64,000 bases of DNA, from the NCBI GenBank assembly GCA_963708135.1, contig OY970192.1:1152001-1216000 (forward strand), given 5' to 3'. A program made the position numbers and the translations under genes. This document shows positions 19,663-28,266 of this stretch, piece after piece. The stretch comes from an uncultured Gemmatimonadales bacterium. GTDB lineage: Bacteria > Gemmatimonadota > Gemmatimonadetes > Longimicrobiales > RSA9. How positions within the stretch are numbered: the stretch's first letter is position 1; every line of letters begins with the position of its first letter. The notes beneath the pieces are model-generated. The model was not told the DNA's origin. It did not search any database and saw only the letters and a program-made list of their open reading frames with translations.

Positions 19663-20010
19663 TCAGGGCGGTAATGTCGCGGACCAGGAAGTAAGCATCT
19701 TCGCAATCGTCACGGTCAGCGCGGTGGCCTTGGTGATTGCGGCAGGCTCGAGCCCACCGCGATTGGCCAGCCGGCGCAGGATCGCGCGGGTTTCATCCAC
19801 TGAGCCGCGAGCGATCTCCAGGTGGTTGCGCTTCCGGCCTGGCTGCTCGGATCCGTACGCCTGGGCAATGTTGTACAGGACGGATCCCGCTGCGCGGCGA
19901 AGCTGGTCGATGTCCCTGCTGAAGCCCGGCGGAAGCCGCGCGATCAGCACGTGCACCTCCGCGTCGAGCCGCTCCGCCGCCTGGTACACCCGTAGCCGTT
20001 CGAAGCTCAT
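19663..20010 (-). CDS. four-helix-bundle protein (23S rRNA IVP / TIGR02436-like, Avd-like fold)
   Basis: 115 aa: MSFERLRVYQ..DQLRRAAGSVLYNIAQAYG..HLEIARGSVDET..IAKML. Confidence 0.9.
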   Translation of the reverse strand: MSFERLRVYQAAERLDAEVHVLIARLPPGFSRDIDQLRRAAGSVLYNIAQAYGSEQPGRKRNHLEIARGSVDETRAILRRLANRGGLEPAAITKATALTVTIAKMLTSWSATLPP

Positions 20011-20269
20011 GGCCGAGGATGGCTGCGCGATCGGGGCACCGCCATGCCCGTCGGGGACGATGCTCGTGCCGCTCGAGTAGCCGCCGCCGGGATCCACGGA
20101 AGGGGCCTTGATCGCCGGACGGAGCGCCGCCAGAAGGCGCAGATCGGGTTGGACGACGCCCACCAGTGGACGCACGCGCTGCACGATCAGCACCTCGACT
20201 ACCAGGGCGCTCCGCCCTCCCGGCGCTTGGTCCACAGGTCCGAGCTCGGGCCGGTAGGCACTCCCCCCG

Positions 20270-20582
20270 CCGCTTTCAACTGCTTCTGACGCTGGTGCCT
20301 GACGCGAAGGACCCACGCGGTGTCTTCGGGACGTCGTAGAGAACTCGGTATCCGTTCGAGAGTATGACGTTCCGGACGTCGCGACCCCAGGCGGCACGCT
20401 CCGGCGCGTACGGGTGACGCTTCGCGAACTGGTCCAGGCGGTGGATGCCCTCCATGACATCCTCGAACCACCGATCCGGAAACTCGACGCTCACCTTGCC
20501 TGAACGCGCTCGGGCTTCGAGTTCCTGGTGGATCCGCTCGAATGTCTCGCTCTGCCGATGGAGCGACGCCGATGGCGTACAC
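20270..20582 (-). pseudogene. RelE/ParE-family toxin with two frameshifts, no intact antitoxin
   Basis: Joined frames give VYAIGVAPSAERD-ERIHQEL..IHRLDQFAKRHPYAPE..VRNVILSNGYRVLYDV-EDTAWVLRVRHQRQ. Confidence 0.75.
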
Positions 20583-20612
20583 CCGCTACCGCGCCCGCCG
20601 CCGGACGTTCAG

Positions 20613-20671
20613 CCCGCCTCAAGTCGTTGCCGCCGCAAGTAGTGCCGCCGTAGAAGCAGTTGCCGCCGTAA
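20613..20671 (-). repeat. short right-type arm (GTGCCGCCGTA)
   Basis: cccgcctcaagt followed by gttgccgccgcaagt, agtgccgccgtag, gttgccgccgtaag. Confidence 0.75.
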
Positions 20672-20686
20672 GAGCCGTCCCTCCTC

Positions 20687-21478
20687 TCAGCCGGGTGCTT
20701 TCACTCCCGCGAGCACGTCGATCACGGCTGCGGGGTCCCGCAGCTCGCGGGCGCGCACGACCCAGAGGGCCGCGGTCAGCGACGGTCCAGGGTTCAGGAT
20801 CCGCCGCCCGAGCTGCTCGACGATCCGGTCCTGCAGCGCCACCTGCGCGTCGAATCCGGCGGGCGTCTCCGCGGCGAGGAGCTGCGCCGCCTGCCACGCC
20901 GTGCCGCGTGTCGCGGAGAGGCCGAAGGCGGCGAGTCGCTCGTCCTCGCGGCCCGCGAGCGCGTCCAGCAGCCCGGACCACGGCGAGATCCGGTTCAGCC
21001 GCTGCTGCACGGATTCGATCATTCCGTCCAGCAGCGTGGTGATCTCGCGGAAGTCGCGCTCGAGTCCCGGCAGCTGCGCGCCGGGCGAGGTCCTGGCCGC
21101 CGCGATCGCGAGGTCGAGGTTGATGTGCGCGTTCATCCCCGCGAGCAGGTGCTGCAGCACCACGGGTGGCCAGGTGGCGGCGGCGCGGAACGCGAGTGCC
21201 CAGCTGCGCGTCGTCTCCTGTCCGGCACGCTGACGCCAGAGCGCGTCGAGGTAGCGGCCCGCGAAGAGGACGTCGAGCCGCTCCATCCTCGCGCCATCCA
21301 CGAATCGGCCGCCGGCGATTCCGCGCTGGACCTCCGCCGTGACGCCACGGTAGAGGACGGCGAAGTAGCCGAGCCGGCTGCGCGTCCGGCGGCACTCATC
21401 CACGACGCGGTCGAGCTCCTCGAGCACGCCGTCGATCGTGGCCGGCAGGAGTCGGGTGTCGACGTTCGGCAAGGGCAT
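20687..21478 (-). CDS. DUF5995-family protein
   Basis: LGYFAVLYRGVT, RMERLDVLFAGRY, QHLLAGMNAHINLDL. Confidence 0.8.
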   Translation of the reverse strand: MPLPNVDTRLLPATIDGVLEELDRVVDECRRTRSRLGYFAVLYRGVTAEVQRGIAGGRFVDGARMERLDVLFAGRYLDALWRQRAGQETTRSWALAFRAAATWPPVVLQHLLAGMNAHINLDLAIAAARTSPGAQLPGLERDFREITTLLDGMIESVQQRLNRISPWSGLLDALAGREDERLAAFGLSATRGTAWQAAQLLAAETPAGFDAQVALQDRIVEQLGRRILNPGPSLTAALWVVRARELRDPAAVIDVLAGVKAPG

Positions 21479-21603
21479 TACCTGGACCCGCTTCTTGGGG
21501 GGGGAATTTCGGCCGCCCGCGGACCCCCGGGGGGGAAGGGGGCCCGGGCACCAAGGTAGGGCGCGTGGCTCCGTTTGGGGATGGTCTTAACCACGAGGTG
21601 CCG

Positions 21604-22098
21604 GCGCGACGGACTACGACCGACAGCGGCACGACCGACTACGGCGAACTGCGGCACCACCGACTGCGGCACCGCCGACCGCGGCACGACCACTACGGCG
21701 AACTGCGGCACGACTCGCTGCGGCACCGCGGACTGCGGCATGACGGACTGCGGCACCGCCGACTACGGCACGACGGACTACGACCGACAGCGGCACGACC
21801 GACTACGGCGACCTGCGGCACGACGCACTACGGCACCGCCGACTGCGGCACGACGGACTGCGGCACCGCCGACTGCGGCACGACGGACTGCGGCACCGCC
21901 GACTGCGGCACGACGGACTGCGGCACCGCCGACTACGGCACGACCAAATACGACCGACTGCGGCGAACTGCGGCACGACTCGCTGCGGCACCGCGGACTG
22001 CGGCACGACGGACTGCGGCACCGCCGACTACGGCACGACGGACTACGACCGACAGCGGCACGACCGATTACGGCGACCTGCGGCACGACTCGCTGCGG
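21604..22098 (+). repeat. long left-type CGGCAC tandem arm with higher-order repeats
   Basis: About 500 bp of gactgcggcacgacg / gactgcggcaccgcc units. Confidence 0.92.
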
Positions 22099-22141
22099 CC
22101 AGGCTCGTGAGCCGCGCCGGAGTGCGGCACCTACTGCTCGT

Positions 22142-22291
22142 CCCGCCTCAAGTAGTGCCGCCTCGCTGCCGCCGCAGGTGGTGCCGCCGTAGGTAGTGCC
22201 GCCGTAAGGTAGTGCCGCCGTAAGTGGTGCCGCCGTAAGTAGTGCCGCCGTAAGCAGTGGCGCCGCCGTACGCAGTGCCGCCGTATGCAGT
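22142..22291 (-). repeat. right-type arm (GTGCCGCCGTAAG)
   Basis: cccgcctcaagt followed by repeated gtgccgccgta(a/g)g units. Confidence 0.9.
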
Positions 22292-22295
22292 CCGC

Positions 22296-23624
22296 TCAGT
22301 CCGGCGCGGATTCCCCTGCCACCTGCGCCCCAACTGGCCGGCGGAAGGTGTATAGCCCCGCGCCGATCAGAAGGGCGACTGCGCCCGCGAGCAGGCTCGC
22401 GCGGCTCGAGCTTGCCACCAGGGCGAGCGAGACCGCGACTGCCGCGCCCGGAATGAGCGCTCCGCCCGGCAGCCGGAGCGCGCCCGGCCGCTCGCCGAAT
22501 CGGCGCCGCAGGATCGGCACCGCCGCCGTCGTCGTCACATATGTGACCAGACGCGCGATCACGGAGACGAGCGCAAGGGTCACGAACGAGCCGGACAGCG
22601 CGAGCACGAGCGCGGCCGCGGACTGCACCACGATCGCCGTGGCGGGCGTGTGGTAGCGGGGGTGGATACGGGCGAGGGCGCGCGGGCCGTAGCCGTCGGC
22701 GGAGAGCGCCAGCGCGAAGCGCGGGCCCGCGAGCGTCGCGGCCGCGTTCGTCCCGAGCATGGACACGAGCGCCCCGACCGTGAGCAGCAGCGCCGCCGCG
22801 GGGCCCGCGAAGCGGCCGGCCGCCTCCGCGAGCGGGGACGCCGACGCGGCCAGGTCCGGCAGCGTCCCGAGCGCCACCACCTGCACCGCCGTGTAGAGGG
22901 CCATCACGATCACCACCGTCGCCAGCAGCGCGAACGGCACGTCCCGGCGCGGGTCGCGGTACTCGCCGGCCGCGGCGGGCACGTTCTCGAAGCCCGCGTA
23001 GGCGAACAGCAGCAGCAGCGCCGCCCGCCCGAGTCCGCCCGAGCCCGGCACCGCCACGTGCGAGACGGCCCCCCAGTCCACGAACCACAGGCCGACCGCC
23101 ACGAAGAAGAGCAGCGGCAGCGCCTTCCCCACGAGCAGCACCACGGTCGCGCGCGCCCCGGCCTTCACCCCGGCCACGTTGATCCACGTCAGCCCCGCGA
23201 GCGGCAGCGCGATCACCGCCGCTCTCCCCCAGCCGCCGTGCGCCGCCGGCCACAGGTACCCCGTCGCCAGCGCCATCCCGTTCGCCAGCGACGCCACGGA
23301 CGTCATCCGCGCCAGCCAGCACATCCAGCCCACCTCGCAGGCGACGAGCGGGCCGAACGCTTCCCGCGCGTACAGGTACGGCCCGCCCGCCTCCTCGAAG
23401 TGGCTCGCCGCCTCCGCGAAGCACAGCGCGATGAGCCCCACCGCGAGCCCCGCCACGATCACCGCCAGCGTGCTCGCCGCCCCCAGCACCGCCGCGGCCG
23501 CCGCCGGCAGCAGGAAGACCCCGCTCCCGACCACCTGGTTCACCGAGATCGCCACCACCTCCCACCGCGACACCACGCGCTGGAGGGTCGGCGGGGCAGG
23601 GGAGGCCGCCGTGCTCGAACCCAT
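22296..23624 (-). CDS. APC-family amino acid permease
   Basis: VVGSGVFLLP, FAEAAS..GGPYLYAREAFG, FAYAGFE, HPRYHTP. Confidence 0.93.
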   Translation of the reverse strand: MGSSTAASPAPPTLQRVVSRWEVVAISVNQVVGSGVFLLPAAAAAVLGAASTLAVIVAGLAVGLIALCFAEAASHFEEAGGPYLYAREAFGPLVACEVGWMCWLARMTSVASLANGMALATGYLWPAAHGGWGRAAVIALPLAGLTWINVAGVKAGARATVVLLVGKALPLLFFVAVGLWFVDWGAVSHVAVPGSGGLGRAALLLLFAYAGFENVPAAAGEYRDPRRDVPFALLATVVIVMALYTAVQVVALGTLPDLAASASPLAEAAGRFAGPAAALLLTVGALVSMLGTNAAATLAGPRFALALSADGYGPRALARIHPRYHTPATAIVVQSAAALVLALSGSFVTLALVSVIARLVTYVTTTAAVPILRRRFGERPGALRLPGGALIPGAAVAVSLALVASSSRASLLAGAVALLIGAGLYTFRRPVGAQVAGESAPD

Positions 23625-24031
23625 GCGTTCGCCTTCGCCGATCGGTTGAGAGTGGGGAGCCGGGTCCATGGTGGGGGCGGGACGCGGCGGTGTCAACGGT
23701 GGCCGCGGGCCCATGCCCAACCCGAACCGCACCCGGACCCGTTGGTCGAGGTCGCCCCGCGGCCGCCGGGCCGCCGGCGCGCTCTCATGCCCTCACAATC
23801 GACTTGATGTCGGGACTGTCAAGCTGTTGAGCGGTGAATGCTTGCGCGCGGCACCCGCAGGCGGTTCCGAGCCCCGGGCCCGGTGCCCAGCCAGGGGGAT
23901 CAGCTCGGCCGGGCTCCCGCGCTCGTCCTGGACGTGTGCAGCGCCGCGGGCGACGCGCTCAGCGCAGCCACCCGAGCCCGTCCCGCACCGGGTTGCCGCC
24001 CGACGCCTCGGCGGCGCGCATCGACCCGCGA

Positions 24032-24886
24032 TCACGGCGCCAGCTCGAAGATGATCGGAATGGCCACCCACACCTTCACCCGGCGATCCCGGTAGATCCC
24101 GGCCGAGAACTTCATCCTGTCCGCCACCTGGAGCGCGGCCCGGTCGAGGGCCGGATGGCCCGAGCTCTCCTTCAGCCGCGTGCGCACCACCCGGCCGCCC
24201 TCGTCGATCAGCAGCCAGACGAGGGACGTGCCGCCGATCCCGGCGTCGCGCTCCTGGCGCGGGTAGAGTCGGCGCAGCACCGCGGCCACCTCCTCGCGGT
24301 TCTTCAGCTCGGGGGCGACGGTGAACGGCGTCCGCGTCGGCCCGCTCATGAGCGTCGAGTCCTCGCCTCCGGGTGCCACCATGACCAGGGCGCCCGGCGG
24401 CACGACCACCGCGGCCCCGCTCCCGCTCCCGCCCTCCACCCCCTCGCCCGTGTAGTCCGCGGCGTCCGTCGCGGCGCCGCCCGGGCCGATCGCGGTCGGG
24501 ATGGCGCGCGGCGCCTGGAGCACCTGGAACCCGCGTGGCAGCTCCTTCAGCACGATCCGCGGCGGCGGCGCCGGGCCGCGCAGCACCGGCAGGCGCCGCA
24601 GCACGGTGGGCGCGCTCGGCCGTGGCGGCGCGGCGAGGCGGGGGGGCGGCGGCGTCTCCGTCGCCGGGAGCGGCGAGTAGTGGATCAGCGTGACCTCCTC
24701 CTCGAGCGCGGGCGCGACCGGCCGCGTGGCCATGAGGCTCACCCACACGAGCGCGCTCGCCACCGCCACGTGCAGCCCGAGCGAGCCGCCCAGGGCCGTG
24801 GCGGTGCTGCGCCGGTGTGGCGCGGGCGCGGAGAAGTAGAGGTGCTGGAGGAGCGGCGGATCGGCTGCGACGCTGTGCGTGTCCAT
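24032..24886 (-). CDS. energy transducer TonB-family protein
   Basis: SLGLH TM anchor, Pro-rich linker, C-terminal YP..ERDAGIGG..LIDEGGRV..ESSGHPALDRAAL. Confidence 0.88.
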   Translation of the reverse strand: MDTHSVAADPPLLQHLYFSAPAPHRRSTATALGGSLGLHVAVASALVWVSLMATRPVAPALEEEVTLIHYSPLPATETPPPPRLAAPPRPSAPTVLRRLPVLRGPAPPPRIVLKELPRGFQVLQAPRAIPTAIGPGGAATDAADYTGEGVEGGSGSGAAVVVPPGALVMVAPGGEDSTLMSGPTRTPFTVAPELKNREEVAAVLRRLYPRQERDAGIGGTSLVWLLIDEGGRVVRTRLKESSGHPALDRAALQVADRMKFSAGIYRDRRVKVWVAIPIIFELAP

Positions 24887-24962
24887 GGGGCCTCCCGGCT
24901 TGCCGGGGGCGCCGCGGCGCGCGCGTGGCCGTGCGAGCGCCGGCGCCCGCCGCACAGAGGTG

Positions 24963-25017
24963 TCAACCGCCGTGCCACGGCCCGTGCCGGATGGAAGCGT
25001 TGCAATGTGTTGCAACG
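24963..25017 (-). promoter_or_regulatory. putative sigma54 promoter with upstream palindrome
   Basis: Minus strand TGGCACG-GCGG-TTGA (24977-24963); palindrome CGTTGCAA-TGTG-TTGCAACG at 24998-25017. Confidence 0.6.
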
Positions 25018-26285
25018 ATAGGAGTTACGTCACGATGTCGGCGGCGGCCCCCGGCCGCTCCGTCGCGTCCTGCCGCGCCCCGGGACTTTGTGCCGCTGGC
25101 GACGTCGCCCCGCCGGGCTCGCCGCGCCCGGTCCACGCCGGCCGGTGCTGGCGGCAAGACGGTGGCGGGCCGCCCGCTCACCCTCGCGAAGAACCCGCTC
25201 AGCGCGTCCGCCGTGCGCTCGAGCGCGCGCGCGCCGTCGATCGGGCCGAGCAGGCCGACCAGGTGCAGCGCCGGGCTGAACAGGGCGGCGGCGTCGGTGA
25301 AATCGAAGTGGCGGGCACCGCGCAGCGTGAGTCGGGCGCTCCCGGGGGCGTTCCGCAGGATGGCGTCGATCTCGCGCGCCGCGTCGCGCGCGGCCGGGTC
25401 GCCCCTGCCCGTGCTCTCGCTGGCCACGTACAGCACGGGCCGGTCGAGGCCGGTGCGGGCGACGGTGCCGAACGGCCAGCCGTCGAGGTCGGCGGCGCCG
25501 GCGCAGCGCGCGTCCTCGCGGCAGGCCTCGAGCGCCGCGGCGCCGCCGAAGGAGTGGCCCCAGAGGCCGAAGCGAAGGGTGTCCAGCCGTCCCGCGAACG
25601 CTCCGTCTGCCGCGCGGTCGAGCCGCGTCGCCTCGTCCATGGCGAAGCGGTCGTCGGCCGCCCACACGCGGATGAGGGCGTCCGCGGCGCGCCGGAGCTG
25701 CGCCGGCGTGCCGTTCTCGGGCAGCGTCCCGCGCGCCGTGGGCGCCACGGCCTCGCCGTCCAGCACCGTGAGCGTCGCGCTGTAGGTGGGGTTCACGCCG
25801 ATCACCACGTAGCCGCGGCTGGCCAGCGCCTCGGCGAGCGACGTGTAGTCGCTCACGCTCGGGCCCATGCCGGGCTCGAAGACCAGAACGGGGAAGGGTG
25901 CCGTCGCCGCGGCGGGCGGCGCGTCGGCGCGCGCGTGGGAGCGCACCGCCGTCGTCGCCTGGAAGAGCAGCGCCGCGGGGCCGCTCCGCTCCGCCTCGTG
26001 GGCCCTCTCCCACGCGGGCGGCAGGTACGGCGCCGGCGTCCCCCCTGCCTGCGCCGGGTACCAGATCCACACCGCCAGCCGGCGCGGCCCGCCGCTCCCG
26101 CCGAGCGTCTCGCGGCGCGCGGAGTCGGTCCACACGGCGACGATCCGCCCGACCGCGTGAATCCCGCCCGGCGCCGGCAGCGTGGCGGTGCGGTGGCGTC
26201 GCAGGGCGAGGAAGAGGACGGTGCCGGCGAGCAGCACGAGGAGCAGGGCGACGCCGCCGCCCACCGCCTTCAGCGCGCGCCTCAC
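24963..26285 (-). CDS. membrane-anchored alpha/beta hydrolase (PAF-acetylhydrolase-like); true stop may lie earlier
   Basis: VWIWYPA, LASRGYVVIG, GHSFGG, DLDG, HFDFTD; last ~60 aa are low complexity and overlap the tonB promoter. Confidence 0.82.
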   Translation of the reverse strand: MRRALKAVGGGVALLLVLLAGTVLFLALRRHRTATLPAPGGIHAVGRIVAVWTDSARRETLGGSGGPRRLAVWIWYPAQAGGTPAPYLPPAWERAHEAERSGPAALLFQATTAVRSHARADAPPAAATAPFPVLVFEPGMGPSVSDYTSLAEALASRGYVVIGVNPTYSATLTVLDGEAVAPTARGTLPENGTPAQLRRAADALIRVWAADDRFAMDEATRLDRAADGAFAGRLDTLRFGLWGHSFGGAAALEACREDARCAGAADLDGWPFGTVARTGLDRPVLYVASESTGRGDPAARDAAREIDAILRNAPGSARLTLRGARHFDFTDAAALFSPALHLVGLLGPIDGARALERTADALSGFFARVSGRPATVLPPAPAGVDRARRARRGDVASGTKSRGAAGRDGAAGGRRRHRDVTPIVATHCNASIRHGPWHGG

Positions 26286-26366
26286 GGCGGCGGCCGCCGC
26301 GCCCGCCCGGTGTTCCCGCGTCGCGCGCGGTGCGCGCCGTCGCGGCGGTGCACGGCCCGGCTCCCC

Positions 26367-27911
26367 TCAGGAAAGCGAAACGGTCTGCCGGCCCAGGTAG
26401 GCGTGCGGGTCGTGCTCGAGCGCGCCGGCCGGGAGGAAGTCCCACCACGGGCCCAGGTCGCGCTTCACGCGCTCGATGTAGAAGGGCGGCAGCGTCCGGC
26501 TCTCGCCCTCGAAGTAGGCGCGCATGCCGCGGTCCTCGTCCAGCAGCCGGCGCACGGTCGAGTGGTAGCGGATCCGGCCGGCGCCCTCGGAGGAGACGCC
26601 GCGCACGAGGTTCATCCACGTCGCGAAGCTCCGCTTGGTGCCCCGCGCGCGCTGCAGCATGCGCGGCCAGGAGAAGGAGAAGCGGGTCAGGTCGATCAGC
26701 CGGTCGTAGAACTCGGTCCAGCCGTAGTTCTTCGGCCGCACGTTCATGGCGTGGTGGTTGTTCAGGAAGTGGAACGGGAAGGGAAGCACCCGCCCCGCGC
26801 GCTGCAGCTCCAGGTTCAGCGGCGCGGCCGCGCCGAAGGCGCTGAGCAGCGAGTAGCCAGGGAAGGCCCCCGGCGTGCGGCGCAGGAACTCCTTGGTCAG
26901 CTCGAAGGGCTCCTCTCCCGCGTCGTCGTCCAGCCCCAGCACGAAGTTCGTCTGCACGTACGGCACGTGACGCAGGATCATGTTCACGTGGTCCGCCACC
27001 TGCGCCACCTTGGCCAGCCCCTGCTTGCTGCCCGTGCGCGCCTTGTTGCCGAGCGAGTACCACGACTCGATCCCCGGCAGCATCGCCTTGAAGCCCGCCC
27101 GCCGCAGCCGCTTCATGCGCGGCTCCGACAACAGCGACAGGCTGCTCTCCGCCGCGAACCAGATCGACCCCGGCGGCACCGCCTCCTCGATCGTCCCCAG
27201 CACCTCGTCGAAGCGAACCCCGAAGTTCGGGTCGTGCCACCCCACCATCGGGCGCCGGAACTTCCCCGCCAGGAAGCGCAGGTCCTCCCGGATCTGCTCC
27301 TGCGCCATCGGCTGGTGCGGCACCACGCTGTCGATGCAGAAGCTGCACGTGTAGGGACACCCCAGGCTGCCGATCATCGGCACCATCTTGATGCTCGTCG
27401 GCGCCTTCTCCAGCGTCGGCGCGATGAACTTCCAGCGCTCCCGCACCCCCGGCAGCGTCTCCGGCTGCGTGCGTGCCCCCAGCTCCACCCCCAGCGGCCG
27501 GTGCGGCTCGCAGTCCGCCAGCACGTCCTCCAGCACCCCCCGGTCCGTGAACCCCAGCACGTAATCGAAGTACTTGCGCGCATCCTCCGGGTAGCAGCGC
27601 GCGTGCGGACCCCCGAGCACCGTCACCGCGCCCCGCTGCCGGAACGCCGCGCTGATCGCGTAGGACAGCTGCGCCGCCTGCGTGAACGCGCCCACGAACA
27701 GCACGTCCATGTCCTCCGGCAGCTCCGCGCGCAGGTCCTCGAACCCCGTGTAGCAGATGAACCGGACGTCGTGCCCCAGCTCCTCGCACCACGTCGCCAG
27801 CGCCTGCGGCATCACGCTCGCCAGGTTCGGATTCATCACCCGCGCGAACAGCGCCCGCGTCGGCGCCTTCGTCACCAGGTCCAGCACGCCGATCCGGTAC
27901 CTCTTCTGCAT
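26367..27911 (-). CDS. B12-binding-domain radical SAM protein
   Basis: VLGGPHA, GCPYTCSFC (CxxxCxxC), DPNF, PGIES, NFVLGLD. Confidence 0.88.
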   Translation of the reverse strand: MQKRYRIGVLDLVTKAPTRALFARVMNPNLASVMPQALATWCEELGHDVRFICYTGFEDLRAELPEDMDVLFVGAFTQAAQLSYAISAAFRQRGAVTVLGGPHARCYPEDARKYFDYVLGFTDRGVLEDVLADCEPHRPLGVELGARTQPETLPGVRERWKFIAPTLEKAPTSIKMVPMIGSLGCPYTCSFCIDSVVPHQPMAQEQIREDLRFLAGKFRRPMVGWHDPNFGVRFDEVLGTIEEAVPPGSIWFAAESSLSLLSEPRMKRLRRAGFKAMLPGIESWYSLGNKARTGSKQGLAKVAQVADHVNMILRHVPYVQTNFVLGLDDDAGEEPFELTKEFLRRTPGAFPGYSLLSAFGAAAPLNLELQRAGRVLPFPFHFLNNHHAMNVRPKNYGWTEFYDRLIDLTRFSFSWPRMLQRARGTKRSFATWMNLVRGVSSEGAGRIRYHSTVRRLLDEDRGMRAYFEGESRTLPPFYIERVKRDLGPWWDFLPAGALEHDPHAYLGRQTVSLS

Positions 27912-28266
27912 GCCGCCCCCTCTCCTCCGGCCGGCGCGGTCGCCCTCGGCCTCGTGCTCCCGGATTGCGCGCCCGGCGCGCTCGTCGCGCCGGCGCGTCC
28001 CTCGCCCGACCGTGGCGCCCGTTCGGGGTCGCCGTGCCGCGTCGACCCCGCCGGCCAGGCCTGCTGTTCGTTCGTGTTGAGTCGAGTGCCACTCGCCCGC
28101 CGCTCTCGCCCGGGGGCGGGATCGCTCGCGCGCCCCCCGCAGCAAGCTATGTACCGAGGGCCGGCGGCGCGATGGGGGGGCGGGGAGCGGGGGGGCGGGG
28201 CGGGCGGAGGTGCTGTGGCAATGGGGCCGACGCTGCTGCCGGGGCGGGGGTGCGGCGGCGCGCCCG

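Noticed and set aside
19663..20010. Avd gene of a diversity-generating retroelement, or a 23S rRNA intervening sequence
   Set aside because: No reverse transcriptase, TR/VR pair or rRNA sequence nearby; only the fold family is shared.
20044..20289. Small plus-strand ORF inside the second arm pair
   Set aside because: Part has coding-like codons but no recognisable family or RBS; cannot be supported.
21565..22333. Cys/Thr-rich repeat proteins (ORFs 21565..22110, 21575..22192 and similar at 5228-6204)
   Set aside because: They are translations of the DNA microsatellites, open in several frames, with no RBS or domain.
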